A stretch of DNA of 64,000 bases from NCBI GenBank assembly GCA_964016885.1, contig OZ024741.1:358608001-358672000 (forward strand). The letters are read 5' to 3'. Positions 1 to 13,940 of the stretch are shown here, one piece after another. The DNA comes from Eledone cirrhosa. Its lineage: Eukaryota. The position numbers and the translations under genes were made by a program. How positions within the stretch are numbered: position 1 is the stretch's first letter; the number at the start of each line of letters is the position of its first letter. Under the pieces are notes generated by a model that saw only the letters and a program-made list of their open reading frames with translations, was not told the origin of the DNA and ran no database searches.

Positions 1-3000
1 ACACACTGGTGTTAACTCCAGCTGGAACCACACACTGGTGTTAACTCCAGCTGGTACCACACACTGGTGTTAACTCCAGCTGGTACCACACACTGGTGTT
101 AACTCCAGCTGGAACCACACACTGGTGTTAACTCCAGCTGGTACCACACACTGGTGTTAACTCCAGCTGGTAGCATACACTGGTGTTAACTCCAGCTGGT
201 ACCACACACTGGTGTTAACTCCAGCTGGAACCACACACTGGTGTTAACTCCAGCTGGTACCACACACTGGTGTTAACTCCAGCTGGTACCACACACTGGT
301 GTTAACTCCAGCTGGTACCACACACTGGTGTTAACTCCAGCTGGAACCACACACTGGTGTTAACTCCAGCTGGAACCACACACTGGTGTTAACTCCAGCT
401 GGTAACACACACTGGTGTTAACTCCAGCTGGTACCACACACCAATGTCAACTCCAGCTGGTAGCACACTCTGGTGTTAACTCCAGCTGGTACCACACACT
501 GGTGTCAACTCCAGCTGGTAACACACACCGGTTCTCAACTCCAGCTGGTATGACACACTGGTGTTAACTCCAGCTGGTACAACACACTGGTGTCAACTCC
601 AGCTGGTACCACACACTGGTGACAACTCCAGCTGGTACCACACACCGGTGTCAACTCCAGCTGGTACAACACACTGGTGTCAACTCCAGCTGGTACCACA
701 CACTGGTGACAACTCCAGCTGGTACAACACACTGGTGTCAACTCCAGCTGGTACAACACACCGGTGTCAACTCCAGCTGGTACCACACACAAGTGTCAAC
801 TCCAGCTGGTAACACACACCGGTGTCAACTCCAGCTGGTACAACACACTGGTGTCAACTCCAGCTGGTACAACACACCGGTGTCAACTCCAGCTGGTACC
901 ACACACAAGTGTCAACTCCAGCTGGTAACACACACCGGTGTCAACTCCAGCTGGTAACACACTGGTGTCAACTCCAGCTGGTACAACACACTGGTGTCAA
1001 CTCCAGCTGGTACCACACACTGGTGTCCACCCCAGCTGGTACCACACAGTAGTGTCAATTCCAGCTTGTACCACACACTGGTGTCCACTTCAGCTGGTAC
1101 CACACATTGGTGTTAACTCCAGCTGGTACCACACACTGGTGTCAACTCCAGCTGGTAACACACACTGGTGTTAACTCCAGCTGGTACCACACACTGGTGT
1201 CAACTCCAGTAGGTACCACACACTGGTGTTAACTCCAGCTGGTACCACACACTGGTGTCAACTCCAGCTGGTAACACACACCGGTGTCAACTCCAGCTGG
1301 TATGACACACTGGTGTTAACTCCAGCTGGTACAACACACTGGTGTCAACTCCAGCTGGTACCACACACTGGTGACAACTCCAGCTGGTACCACACACAAG
1401 TGTCAACTCCAGCTGGTAACACACACCGGTGTCAACTCCAGCTGGTACAACACACTGGTGTCAACTCCAGCTGGTACCACACACTGGTGACAACTCCAGC
1501 TGGTACCACACACTGGTGTCAACTCCAGCTGGTACAACACACTGGTGTCAACTCCAGCTGGTACAACACACCGGTGTCAACTCCAGCTGGTACCACACAC
1601 AAGTGTCAACTCCAGCTGGTAACACACACCGGTGTCAACTCCAGCTGGTACAACACACTGGTGTCAACTCCAGCTGGTACAACACACCGGTGTCAACTCC
1701 AGCTGGTACCACACACAAGTGTCAACTCCAGCTGGTAACACACACCGGTGTCAACTCCAGCTGGTAACACACACTGGTGTCAACTCCAGCTGGTACCACA
1801 CACTGGTGTTAACTCCAGCTGGTACCACACACTGGTGTTAACTCCAGCTGGTACCACACACTGGTGTCAACTCCAGCTGGTACCACACACTGGTGTCAAC
1901 TCCAGCTGGTACCACACACTGGTGTCAACTCCAGCTGGTACCACACACTGGTGTTAACTCCAGCTGGTACCACACACTGGTGTCAACTCCAGCTGGTAAC
2001 ACACACTGGTGTTAACTCCAGCTGGTACCACACACTGGTGTCAACTGCAGCTGGTAACACACACCGGTGTCAACTCCAGCTGGTACCACACACAAGTGTC
2101 AACTCCAGCTGGTACCACACACTGGTGTCAACTCCAGCTGGTACCACACACTGGTGTCAACTCCAGCTGGTAACACACACCGGTGTCAACTCCAGCTGGT
2201 ACCACACACAAGTGTCAACTCCAGCTGGTACCACACACTGGTGTCAACTCCAGCTGGTACCACACACTGGTGTCAACTCCAGCTGGTAACACACACCGGT
2301 GTCAACTCCAGCTGGTACCACACACAAGTGTGAACTCCAGCTGGTACCACACACTGGTGTCAACTCCAGCTGGTAACACACACCGGTGTCAACTCCAGCT
2401 GGTAACACACACTGGTGTCAACTCCAGCTGGTACCACACACTGGTGTTAACTCCAGCTGGTACCACACTCTGGTGTTAACTCCAGCTGGTACCACACACT
2501 GGTGTTAACTCCAGCTGGTACCATACACTGGTGTCAACTCCAGCTGGTAACACACACTGGTGTTAACTCCAGCTGGTAACACACTCTGGTGTTAACTCCA
2601 GCTGGTAGCACACTCTGGTGTTAACTCCAGCTGGTACCACACACTGGTGTTAACTCCAGCTGGTAACACACTCTGGTGTTAACTCCAGCTGGTACCACAC
2701 ACTGGTGTTAACTCCAGCTGGTACCACACACCAGTGTCAACTCCAGCTGGTACCATACACTGGTGTTAACTCCAGCTGGTAACACACACTGGTGTCAACT
2801 CCAGCTGGTAACACACACTGGTGTCAACTCCAGCTGGTAACACACACTGGTGTTAACTCCAGCTGGTACCACACACCAATGTCAACTCCAGCTGGTACCA
2901 CACACCAATGTCAACTCCAGCTGGTACCACACACCAGTGTCAACTCCAGCTGGTACCATACACTGGTGTTAACTCCAGCTGGTAACACACACTGGTGTCA

Positions 3001-3440
3001 ACTCCAGCTGGTACCACACACTGGTGTTAACTCCAGCTGGTAACACACACTGGTGTCAACTCCAGCTGGTAACACACACTGGTGTTAACTCCAGCTGGTA
3101 ACACACACTGGTGTTAACTCCAGCTGGTAGCACACTAGTGTCAACTCCAGCTGGTACCACACACCAGTGTCAACTCCAGCTGGTAACACACATTGGTGTT
3201 AACTCCAGCTGGTACCACACACTGGTGTTAACTCCAGCTGGTAACACACACTGGTGTCAACTCCAGCTGGTAACACACACTGGTGTTAACTCCAGCTGGT
3301 AACACACACTGGTGTTAACTCCAGCTGGTAGCACACTAGTGTCAACTCCAGCTGGTAGCACACTAGTGTCAACTCCAGCTGGTACCACACACTGGTGTTA
3401 ACTCCAGTAGGTACCACACACCGGTGTCAACTCCAGCTAG

Positions 3441-3672
3441 TACCAAACCCCAGACACTGATGTCTATTTCAGCTGATACCCAACAATAGTGTCCAGTCAT
3501 GCTCATAACACACACTGGTGTCTGCTTCTGCAGATACCAAACAGAGGGTCCACTCAAGCTGATCCAGATATTAGGGTCCATTCAGCTGATCCCATAGAAT
3601 AATGTCCACTTCAGTTTGGTCCACATTCTCGTGTCTACACCAGCTAAAACCACATTCAACTTTCAACTGTAG
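3441..3672 (+). repeat. 232-bp diverged cassette (8 degenerate 29-mers), copy 1
   Basis: TACCAAACCCCAGACACTGATG...TTCAACTTTCAACTGTAG; sits at the type A to type B switch. Confidence 0.95.
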
Positions 3673-4586
3673 CTGGTACCACACAGTAGTGTCCACTTCA
3701 GCTGGTACCACACAGTAGCGTCCACTTCAGTTGGTACCACACAGTAGCTTCCACTTCAGCTGGTACCCAGCTGGTACCACACTGTAGTGTCCACTTCAGC
3801 TGGTACCACACAGTAGCGTCCACTTCAGCTGGTACCACACAGTAGCGTCCACTCCAGTTGGTACCACACAGTAGTGTCCATCCCTGCTGGTACCACACAG
3901 TAGTGTCCATCCCTGCTGGTACCACACACTGGTGTCCACTCCAGCTGGTACCACACAGTAGCGTCCATTCGAGCTGGTACCTCACACTGGTGTCCACTTA
4001 AGCTTGTACCACCCACTTGCATCCACTTCAGCTGGTACCACACAGTAGTGTGCACTCCAGCTGGTACCACACACTGGTGTCCATCCCAGGTGGTACCATA
4101 CACTGGTACCCACTTCAGCTGGTACCACATACTGGTGTCAAATCGAGCTGGTACCACATAGTAGTGTCCATCCCAGCTGGTACCACACAGTAGTGTCCAT
4201 CCCAGCTGTTACCACACACTGGTGTCCACTCCAGCTAGAACCACACATTGGTTTCCACTTCAGCTGGTACCACACACTGGTGTCCACCTCAGCTGGTACC
4301 ACAAAGTAGCATCAACTCCAGCTGGTACCACACAGTAGTGTCCACTTCAGCTGGTACCACACAATAGTGTCCATTCCAGCTGGTACCACACACTGGTGTC
4401 CACTCCAGCTTGTACCACACACCAGTGTCAACTCCAGCTGCTACCACACACCAGTGTCAACTCCAGCTGGTACCACACATTGGTGTTAACTCCAGCTGGT
4501 AGCACACACTTGTGTTAACTCCAGTAGGTACCACACACCGGTGTCAACTCCAGCTTATACCACACACCGGTGTCAACTCCAGCTAG

Positions 4587-4818
4587 TACCAAACCCCAGA
4601 CACTGATGTCTATTTCAGCTGATACCCAACAATAGTGTCCAGTCATGCTCATAACACACACTGGTGTCTGCTTCTGCAGATACCAAACAGAGGGTCCACT
4701 CAAGCTGATCCAGATATTAGGGCCCATTCAGCTGATCCCATAGAATAATGTCCACTTCAGTTTGGTCCACATTCTCGTGTCTACACCAGCTAAAACCACA
4801 TTCAACTTTCAACTGTAG
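4587..4818 (+). repeat. Diverged cassette copy 2
   Basis: Offset 1,146 from copy 1; carries the AGGGCCCATT variant. Confidence 0.95.
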
Positions 4819-7800
4819 CTGGTACGACACAGTAGTGTCCACTTCAGCTGGTACCACACAGTAGCGTCCACTTCAGCTGGTACCACACAGTAGTGTCCAC
4901 TTCGGCTGGTACCACACAGTAGCGTCCACTTCAGTTGGTAACACACAGTAGTGTCCACTTCAGCTGGTACCACACAGTAGTGTCCACTTCAGTTGGTACC
5001 ACACAGTAGTGTCCACTTCGGCTGGTACCACACAGTAGCGTCCACTTCAGTTGGTACCACACAGTAGTGTCCACTTCAGCTGGTACCACACAGTAGTGTC
5101 CACTTCAGTTGGTACCACACAGTAGTGTCCACTTCAGCTGGTACCACACAGTAGTGTCCACTTCAGCTGGTACCACACAGTAGCGTCCACTTCAGCTGGT
5201 ACCACACAGTAGTGTCCACTTCGGCTGGTACCACACAGTAGCGTCCACTTCAGTTGGTAACACACAGTAGTGTCCACTTCAGCTGGTACCACACAGTAGT
5301 GTCCACTTCAGTTGGTACCACACAGTAGTGTCCACTTCGGCTGGTACCACACAGTAGCGTCCACTTCAGTTGGTACCACACAGTAGTGTCCACTTCAGCT
5401 GGTACCACACAGTAGTGTCCACTTCAGTTGGTACCACACAGTAGTGTCCACTTCAGCTGGTACCACACAGTAGTGTCCACTTCAGCTGGTACCACACAGG
5501 AGTGTCCACTTCAGCTGGTACCACACAGGAGTGTCCACTTCAGCTGGTACCACACAGGAGTGTCCACTTCAGCTGGTACCACACAGGAGTGTCCACTTCA
5601 ACTGGTACCACACAGTAGTGTCCACTTCAACTGGTACCACACAGTAGTGTCCACTTCAGCTGGTAACACACAGTAGCGTCCACTTCAGCTGGTACCACAC
5701 AGTAGTGTCCACTTCAGCTGGTACCACACAGTAGCGTCCACTTCAGCTGGTACCACACAGTAGTGTCCACTTCAGCTGGTAACACACAGTAGCGTCCACT
5801 TCAGCTGGTACCACACAGTAGCGTCCACTTCAGCTGGTACCACACAGGAGTGTCCACTTCAGCTGGTACCACACAGTAGCGTCCACTTCAGCTGGTACCA
5901 CACACAGTAGTGTCCACTTCAGCTGGTAACACACAGTAGTGTCCACTTCAGCTGGTACCACACAGGAGTGTCCACTTCAGCTGGTACCACACAGGAGTGT
6001 CCACTTCAGCTGGTACCACACAGGAGTGTCCACTTCAGCTGGTACCACACAGGAGTGTCCACTTCAGCTGGTACCACACAGGAGTGTCCACTTCAGCTGG
6101 TACCACACAGGAGTGTCCACTTCAGCTGGTACCACACAGGAGTGTCCACTTCAACTGGTACCACACAGTAGTGTCCACTTCAACTGGTACCACACAGTAG
6201 TGTCCACTTCAGCTGGTAACACACAGTAGCGTCCACTTCAGCTGGTACCACACAGTAGTGTCCACTTCAGCTGGTACCACACAGTAGCGTCCACTTCAGC
6301 TGGTACCACACAGTAGTGTCCACTTCAGCTGGTAACACACAGTAGCGTCCACTTCAGCTGGTACCACACAGTAGCGTCCACTTCAGCTGGTACCACACAG
6401 GAGTGTCCACTTCAGCTGGTACCACACAGTAGCGTCCACTTCAGCTGGTACCACACACAGTAGTGTCCACTTCAGCTGGTACCTCACAGTAGTGTCCCCT
6501 TCAGCTGGTACCACACAGTAGTGTCCACTTCAGCTGGTAACACACAGGAGTGTCCACTTCAGCTGGTACCACACAATAGCGTCCACTTCAGCTGGTACCA
6601 CACAGTAGTGTCCACTTCAGCTGGTAACACACAGTAGTGTCCACTTCAGCTGGTACCACACAGTAGCGTCCACTTCAGCTGGTACCACACAGTAGTGTCC
6701 ACTTCAGCTGGTAACACACAGTAGCGTCCACTTCAGCTGGTACCACACAGTAGCGTCCACTTCAGCTGGTACCACACAGGAGTGTCCACTTCAGCTGGTA
6801 CCACACAGTAGCGTCCACTTCAGCTGGTACCACACACAGTAGTGTCCACTTCAGCTGGTAACACACAGTAGTGTCCACTTCAGCTGGTACCACACAGGAG
6901 TGTCCACTTCAGCTGGTACCACACAGGAGTGTCCACTTCAGCTGGTACCACACAGGAGTGTCCACTTCAGCTGGTACCACACAGGAGTGTCCACTTCAGC
7001 TGGTACCACACAGGAGTGTCCACTTCAGCTGGTACCACACAGGAGTGTCCACTTCAGCTGGTACCACACAGGAGTGTCCACTTCAGCTGGTACCACACAG
7101 GAGTGTCCACTTCAACTGGTACCACACAGTAGTGTCCACTTCAACTGGTACCACACAGTAGTGTCCACTTCAGCTGGTAACACACAGTAGCGTCCACTTC
7201 AGCTGGTACCACACAGTAGTGTCCACTTCAGCTGGTACCACACAGTAGCGTCCACTTCAGCTGGTACCACACAGTAGTGTCCACTTCAGCTGGTAACACA
7301 CAGTAGCGTCCACTTCAGCTGGTACCACACAGTAGCGTCCACTTCAGCTGGTACCACACAGGAGTGTCCACTTCAGCTGGTACCACACAGTAGCGTCCAC
7401 TTCAGCTGGTACCACACACAGTAGTGTCCACTTCAGCTGGTACCTCACAGTAGTGTCCCCTTCAGCTGGTACCACACAGTAGTGTCCACTTCAGCTGGTA
7501 ACACACAGGAGTGTCCACTTCAGCTGGTACCACACAATAGCGTCCACTTCAGCTGGTACCACACAGTAGTGTCCACTTCAGCTGGTAACACACAGTAGTG
7601 TCCACTTCAGCTGGTACCACACAGTAGCGTCCACTTCAGCTGGTACCACACAGTAGTGTCCACTTCAGCTGGTAACACACAGTAGCGTCCACTTCAGCTG
7701 GTACCACACAATAGCGTCCACTTCAGCTGGTACCACACAGTAGTGTCCACTTCAGCTGGTAACACACAGTAGTGTCCACTTCAGCTGGTACCACACAGTA

Positions 7801-8658
7801 GCGTCCACTTCAGCTGGTACCACACAGTAGTGTCCACTTCAGCTGGTAACACACAGTAGCGTCCACTTCAGCTGGTACCACACAGTAGCGTCCACTTCAG
7901 CTGGTACCACACAGTAGTGTCCACTTCAGCTGGTACCACACAGTAGTGTCCACTTCAGCTGGTACCACGCAGTAGTGTCCACTTCAGCTGGTACCACCCA
8001 GTAGCGTCCACTTCAGCTCGTACCACACAGTAGTGTCCATCCCTACTGGTACCACACACTGGTGTCCACTCCAGCTGGTACCACACAGTAGCGTCCATTC
8101 GAGCTGGTACCTCACACTGGTGTCCACTTAAGCTTGTACCACCCACTTGCATCCACTTCAGCTGGTACCACACAGTAGTGTGCACTCCAGCTGGTACCAC
8201 ACACTGGTGTCCATCCCAGGTGGTACCATACACTGGTACCCACTTCAGCTGGTACCACATACTGGTGTCAAATCGAGCTGGTACCACATAGTAGTGTCCA
8301 TCCCAGCTGGTACCACACAGTAGTGTCCATCCCAGCTGTTACCACACACTGGTGTCCACTCCAGCTAGAACCACATATTGGTTTCCACTTCAGCTGGTAC
8401 CATACACTGGTGTCAACTCCAGCTTGTACCACACACCAGTGTCAACTCCAGCTTGTACCACACACCAGTGTCAACTCCAGCTGGTACCACACATTGGTGT
8501 TAACTCCAGCTGGTAGCACACACCGGTGTTAACTCCAGTAGGTAAAACACACCAGTGTTAACACCAGCTGGTACCTCACATTGGTGTTAACTCCAGTAGG
8601 TACCACACACCGGTGTCAACTCCAGCTTATACCACACACCGGTGTCAACTCCAGCTAG

Positions 8659-8890
8659 TACCAAACCCCAGACACTGATGTCTATTTCAGCTGATACCCA
8701 ACAATAGTGTCCAGTCATGCTCATAACACACACTGGTGTCTGCTTCTGCAGATACCAAACAGAGGGTCCACTCAAGCTGATCCAGATATTAGGGCCCATT
8801 CAGCTGATCCCATAGAATAATGTCCACTTCAGTTTGGTCCACATTCTCGTGTCTACACCAGCTAAAACCACATTCAACTTTCAACTGTAG
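8659..8890 (+). repeat. Diverged cassette copy 3
   Basis: Offset 4,072; shares AGGGCCCATT with copy 2. Confidence 0.95.
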
Positions 8891-11800
8891 CTGGTACCAC
8901 ACAGTAGTGTCCACTTCAGCTGGTACCACACAGTAGTGTCCACTTCAGTTTGTACCACACAGTAGTGTCCACTTCAGCTGGTACCACACAGTAGTGTCCA
9001 CTTCAGCTGGTACCAGACAGGAGTGTCCACTTCAGCTGGTACCACACAGGAGTGTCCACTTCAGCTGGTACCACACAGGAGTGTCCACTTCAGCTGGTAC
9101 CACACAGGAGTGTCCACTTCAACTGGTACCACACAGTAGTGTCCACTTCGGCTGGTACCACACAGTAGCGTCCACTTCAGTTGGTAACACACAGTAGTGT
9201 CCACTTCAGCTGGTACCACACAGTAGCGTCCACTTCAGTTGGTACCACACAGTAGTGTCCACTTCAGCTGGTACCACACAGTAGCGTCCACTTCAGCTGG
9301 TACCACACAGTAGTGTCCACTTCGGCTGGTACCACACAGTAGCGTCCACTTCAGTTGGTAACACACAGTAGTGTCCACTTCAGCTGGTACCACACAGTAG
9401 TGTCCACTTCAGCTGGTACCACACAGGAGTGTCCACTTCAGCTGGTACCACACAGGAGTGTCCACTTCAACTGGTACCACACAGGAGTGTCCACTTCAGC
9501 TGGTACCACACAGGAGTGTCCACTTCAACTGGTACCACACAGTAGTGTCCACTTCGGCTGGTACCACACAGTAGCGTCCACTTCAGTTGGTAACACACAG
9601 TAGTGTCCACTTCAGCTGGTACCACACAGTAGCGTCCACTTCAGTTGGTACCACACAGTAGTGTCCACTTCAGCTGGTACCACACAGTAGTGTCCACTTC
9701 AGCTGGTACCACACAGGAGTGTCCACTTCAGCTGGTACCACACAGGAGTGTCCACTTCAGCTGGTACCACACAGGAGTGTCCACTTCAGCTGGTACCACA
9801 CAGGAGTGTCCACTTCAACTGGTACCACACAGTAGTGTCCACTTCAGCTGGTACCACACAGTAGTGTCCACTTCAGCTGGTAACACACAGTAGCGTCCAC
9901 TTCAGCTGGTACCACACAGTAGTGTCCACTTCAGCTGGTACCACACAGTAGCGTCCACTTCAGCTGGTACCACACAGTAGTGTCCACTTCAGCTGGTAAC
10001 ACACAGTAGCGTCCACTTCAGCTGGTACCTCACAGTAGTGTCCCCTTCAGCTGGTACCACACAGTAGTGTCCACTTCAGCTGGTACCACACAGTAGTGTC
10101 CACTTCAGCTGGTACCACACAGTAGCGTCCACTTCAGTTGGTAACACACAGTAGCGTCCACTTCAGCTGGTACCACACAGTAGTGTCCACTTCAACTGGT
10201 AACACACAGTAGCGTCCACTTCAGCTGGTACCACACAGTAGTGTCCACTTCAGCTGGTAACACACAGTAGCGTCCACTTCAGCTGGTACCACACAGTAGC
10301 GTCCACTTCAGTTGGTAACACACAGTAGTGTCCACTTCGGCTGGTACCACACAGTAGCGTCCACTTCAGCTGGTACCACACAGGAGTGTCCACTTCAACT
10401 GGTACCACACAGTAGTGTCCACTTCAACTGGTACCACACAGTAGTGTCCACTTCAGCTGGTAACACACAGTAGCGTCCACTTCAGCTGGTACCACACAGT
10501 AGTGTCCACTTCAGCTTGTACCACACAGTAGCGTCCACTTCAGCTCGTACCACACAGTAGTGTCCATCCCTGCTGGTACCACACACTGGTGTCCACTCCA
10601 GCTGGTACCACACACTGGTGTCCACTCTAGCTGGTACCACACAGTAGCGTCCATTCGAGCTGGTACCTCACACTGGTGTCCACTTAGGCTTGTACCACCC
10701 AGTTGCATTCACTTCAGCTGGTACCACACAGTAGTGTCCACTCCAGCTGGTACCACACACTGGTGTCCATCCCAGGTGGTACTATACACTGGTATCCACT
10801 TCAGCTGGTACCACACACTGGTGTCAAATCCAGCTGGTACCACACAGTAGTGTCCATCCCAGCTGGTACCACACAGTAGTGTCCATCCCAGCTGGTACCA
10901 CACACTGGTGTCCACTCCAGCTAGAACCACACACTGGTGTCCACTTCAGCTGGTACCACACACTGGTGTCCACCTCAGCTGGTACCACACAGTAGTCTCC
11001 ACGTCAGCTGGTACCACAAAGTAGCATCAACTTCAGCTGGTACCACACAGTAGTGTCCATTCCACCTGGTACCACACACTGGTGTCAACTCCAGCTGGTA
11101 GCACACACTGGTGTCCACTTCAGCTGGTACCACACACTGGTGTCCACCTCAGCTGGTACCACACAGTAGTCTCCACTTCAGCTGGTACCACAAAGTAGCA
11201 TCAACTTCAACTGGTACCACACAGTAGTGTCCATTCCAGCTGGTACCACACACTGGTGTCAACTCCAGCTGGTAGCACACACTGGTGTCCACTTCAGCTG
11301 GTACCACACAGCAGTGTCCACTTCAGCTGGTACCACACACAGTAGTGTCCACTTCAGCTGGTACCACACACTGGTGTCAACACCTGCTGGTACCACACAC
11401 CGGTGTCAACTCCAGCTGGTACCACACACTGGTGTCAACTCCAGCTGGTACCATACACCAGTGTTAACTCCATCTGGTACCACACACTAGTGTCAACTCC
11501 AGCTTGTACCACACACTGGTGTTAACTCCAGCTGGTACCACACACTGGTGTCAACTCCTGCTGGTACACACACCGGTGTCAACTCCAGCTGGTACCACAC
11601 ACTGGTGTCAACTCCAGCTGGTACCACATACCAGTGTTAACACCATCTTGTACCACACACTAGTGTCAACTCCAGCTTGTACCACACACTGGTGTTAACT
11701 CCAGCTGGTACCATACACCAGTGTCAACTCCAGCTGCTACCACACACCAGTGTCAACTCCAGCTGGTACCACACACTGGTGTCAACTCCAGCTGGTACCA

Positions 11801-13708
11801 CATACCAGTGTTAACACCATCTTGTACCACACACTAGTGTCAACTCCAGCTGGTACCATACACTGGTGTTAACTCCAGCTGGTACCATACACCAGTGTCA
11901 ACTCCAGCTGCTACCACACACTGGTGTCAACTTCAGCTGGTACCACACACCAGTGTCAACTCCAGCAGGTACCACACATTGGTGTTAACTCCAGCTGGTA
12001 GCACACACTGGTGTTAACTCCAGCTGGTAACACACACCAGTGTCAACTCCAGCTGGTAGCACACACTTGTGTTGACTCCAGCTGGTAACACACACTGGTG
12101 TCAACTCCAGCTGGTAGCACACACTGGTGTTAACTCCAGCTGGTAACACACACCGGTGTCAACTCCATTTGGTACCACACACAAGTGTCAACTCCAGCTG
12201 GTACCACACACTGGTGTCAACTCCAGCTGGTACCACATACCAGTGTTAACACCATCTTGTACCACACACTAGTGTCAACTCCAGCTGGTACCATACACTG
12301 GTGTTAACTCCAGCTGGTACCATACACCAGTGTCAACTCCAGCTGCTACCACACACTGGTGTCAACTTCAGCTGGTACCACACACCAGTGTCAACTCCAG
12401 CAGGTACCACACATTGGTGTTAACTCCAGCTGGTAGCACACACTGGTGTTAACTCCAGCTGGTAACACACACCAGTGTCAACTCCAGCTGGTAGCACACA
12501 CTTGTGTTGACTCCAGCTGGTAACACACACTGGTGTCAACTCCAGCTGGTAGCACACACTTGTGTTGACTCCAGCTGGTAACACACACTGGTGTCAACTC
12601 CAGCTGGTAGCACACACTTGTGTTGACTCCAGCTGGTAACACACACTGGTGTCAACTCCAGCTAGTAGCACACACTTGTGTTGACTCCAGCTGGTAACAC
12701 ACACCAGTGTCAACTCCAGCTGGTAGCACACTCTGGTGTTAACTCCAGCTGGTAGCACACACCAGTGTCAACTCCAGCTGGTAGCACACACTTGTGTTGA
12801 CTCCAGCTGGTAACACACACTGGTGTCAACTCCAGCTGGTAGCACACACTTGTGTTGACTCCAGCTGGTAACACACACCAGTGTCAACTCCAGCTGGTAG
12901 CACACTCTGGTGTTAACTCCAGCTGGTAGCACACACCAGTGTCAACTCCAGCTGGTAGCACACACTTGTGTTGACTCCAGCTGGTAACACACACTGGTGT
13001 CAACTCCAGCTGGTAGCACACACTTGTGTTGACTCCAGCTGGTAACACACACTGGTGTCAACTCCAGCTGGTAGCACACACTTGTGTTGACTCCAGCTGG
13101 TAACACACTCTGGTGTTAACTCCAGCTGGTAGCACACACTTGTGTTGACTCCAGCTGGTAACACACACTGGTGTCAACTCCAGCTGGTAGCACACACTTG
13201 TGTTGACTCCAGCTGGTAACACACACTGGTGTCAACTCCAGCTGGTAGCACACACTTGTGTTGACTCCAGCTGGTAACACACACCAGTGTCAACTGCAGC
13301 TGGTAGCACACTCTGGTGTTAACTCCAGCTGGTACCACACACTGGTGTCAACTCCAGCTGGTAGCACACTCTGGTGTCAACTCCAGCTGGTAGCACACAC
13401 TGGTGTTAACTCCAGCTGGTACCACACACTGGTGTTAACTCCAGCTGGTACCACACACTGGTGTTAACTCCAGTAGGTAAAACACACCAGTGTTAACACC
13501 AGCTGGTACCTCACACCGGTGTCAACTCCAGCTTATACCACACACCAGTGTCAACTCCAGCTTGTACCACACACCGGTGTTAACTCCAGTAGGTAAAACA
13601 CACCAGTGTTAACACCAGCTGGTACCTCACATTGGTGTTAACTCCAGTAGTACCTCACACCGGTGTCAACTCCAGCTTATACCACACACCGGTGTCAACT
13701 CCAGCTAG

Positions 13709-13940
13709 TACCAAACCCCAGACACTGATGTCTATTTCAGCTGATACCCAACAATAGTGTCCAGTCATGCTCATAACACACACTGGTGTCTGCTTCTACA
13801 GATACCAAACAGAGGGTCCACTCAAGCTGATCCAGATATTAGGGTCCATTCAGCTGATCCCATAGAATAATGTCCACTTCAGTTTGGTCCACATTCTAGT
13901 GTCTACACCAGCTAAAACCACATTCAACTTTCAACTGTAG
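13709..13940 (+). repeat. Diverged cassette copy 4
   Basis: Offset 5,050; carries CTTCTACAG and ATTCTAGTG variants. Confidence 0.95.

Noticed and set aside
1-500. Telomeric repeat
   Set aside because: No (TTAGGG)n or similar short G-rich unit; chromosomal position cannot be inferred from the sequence.
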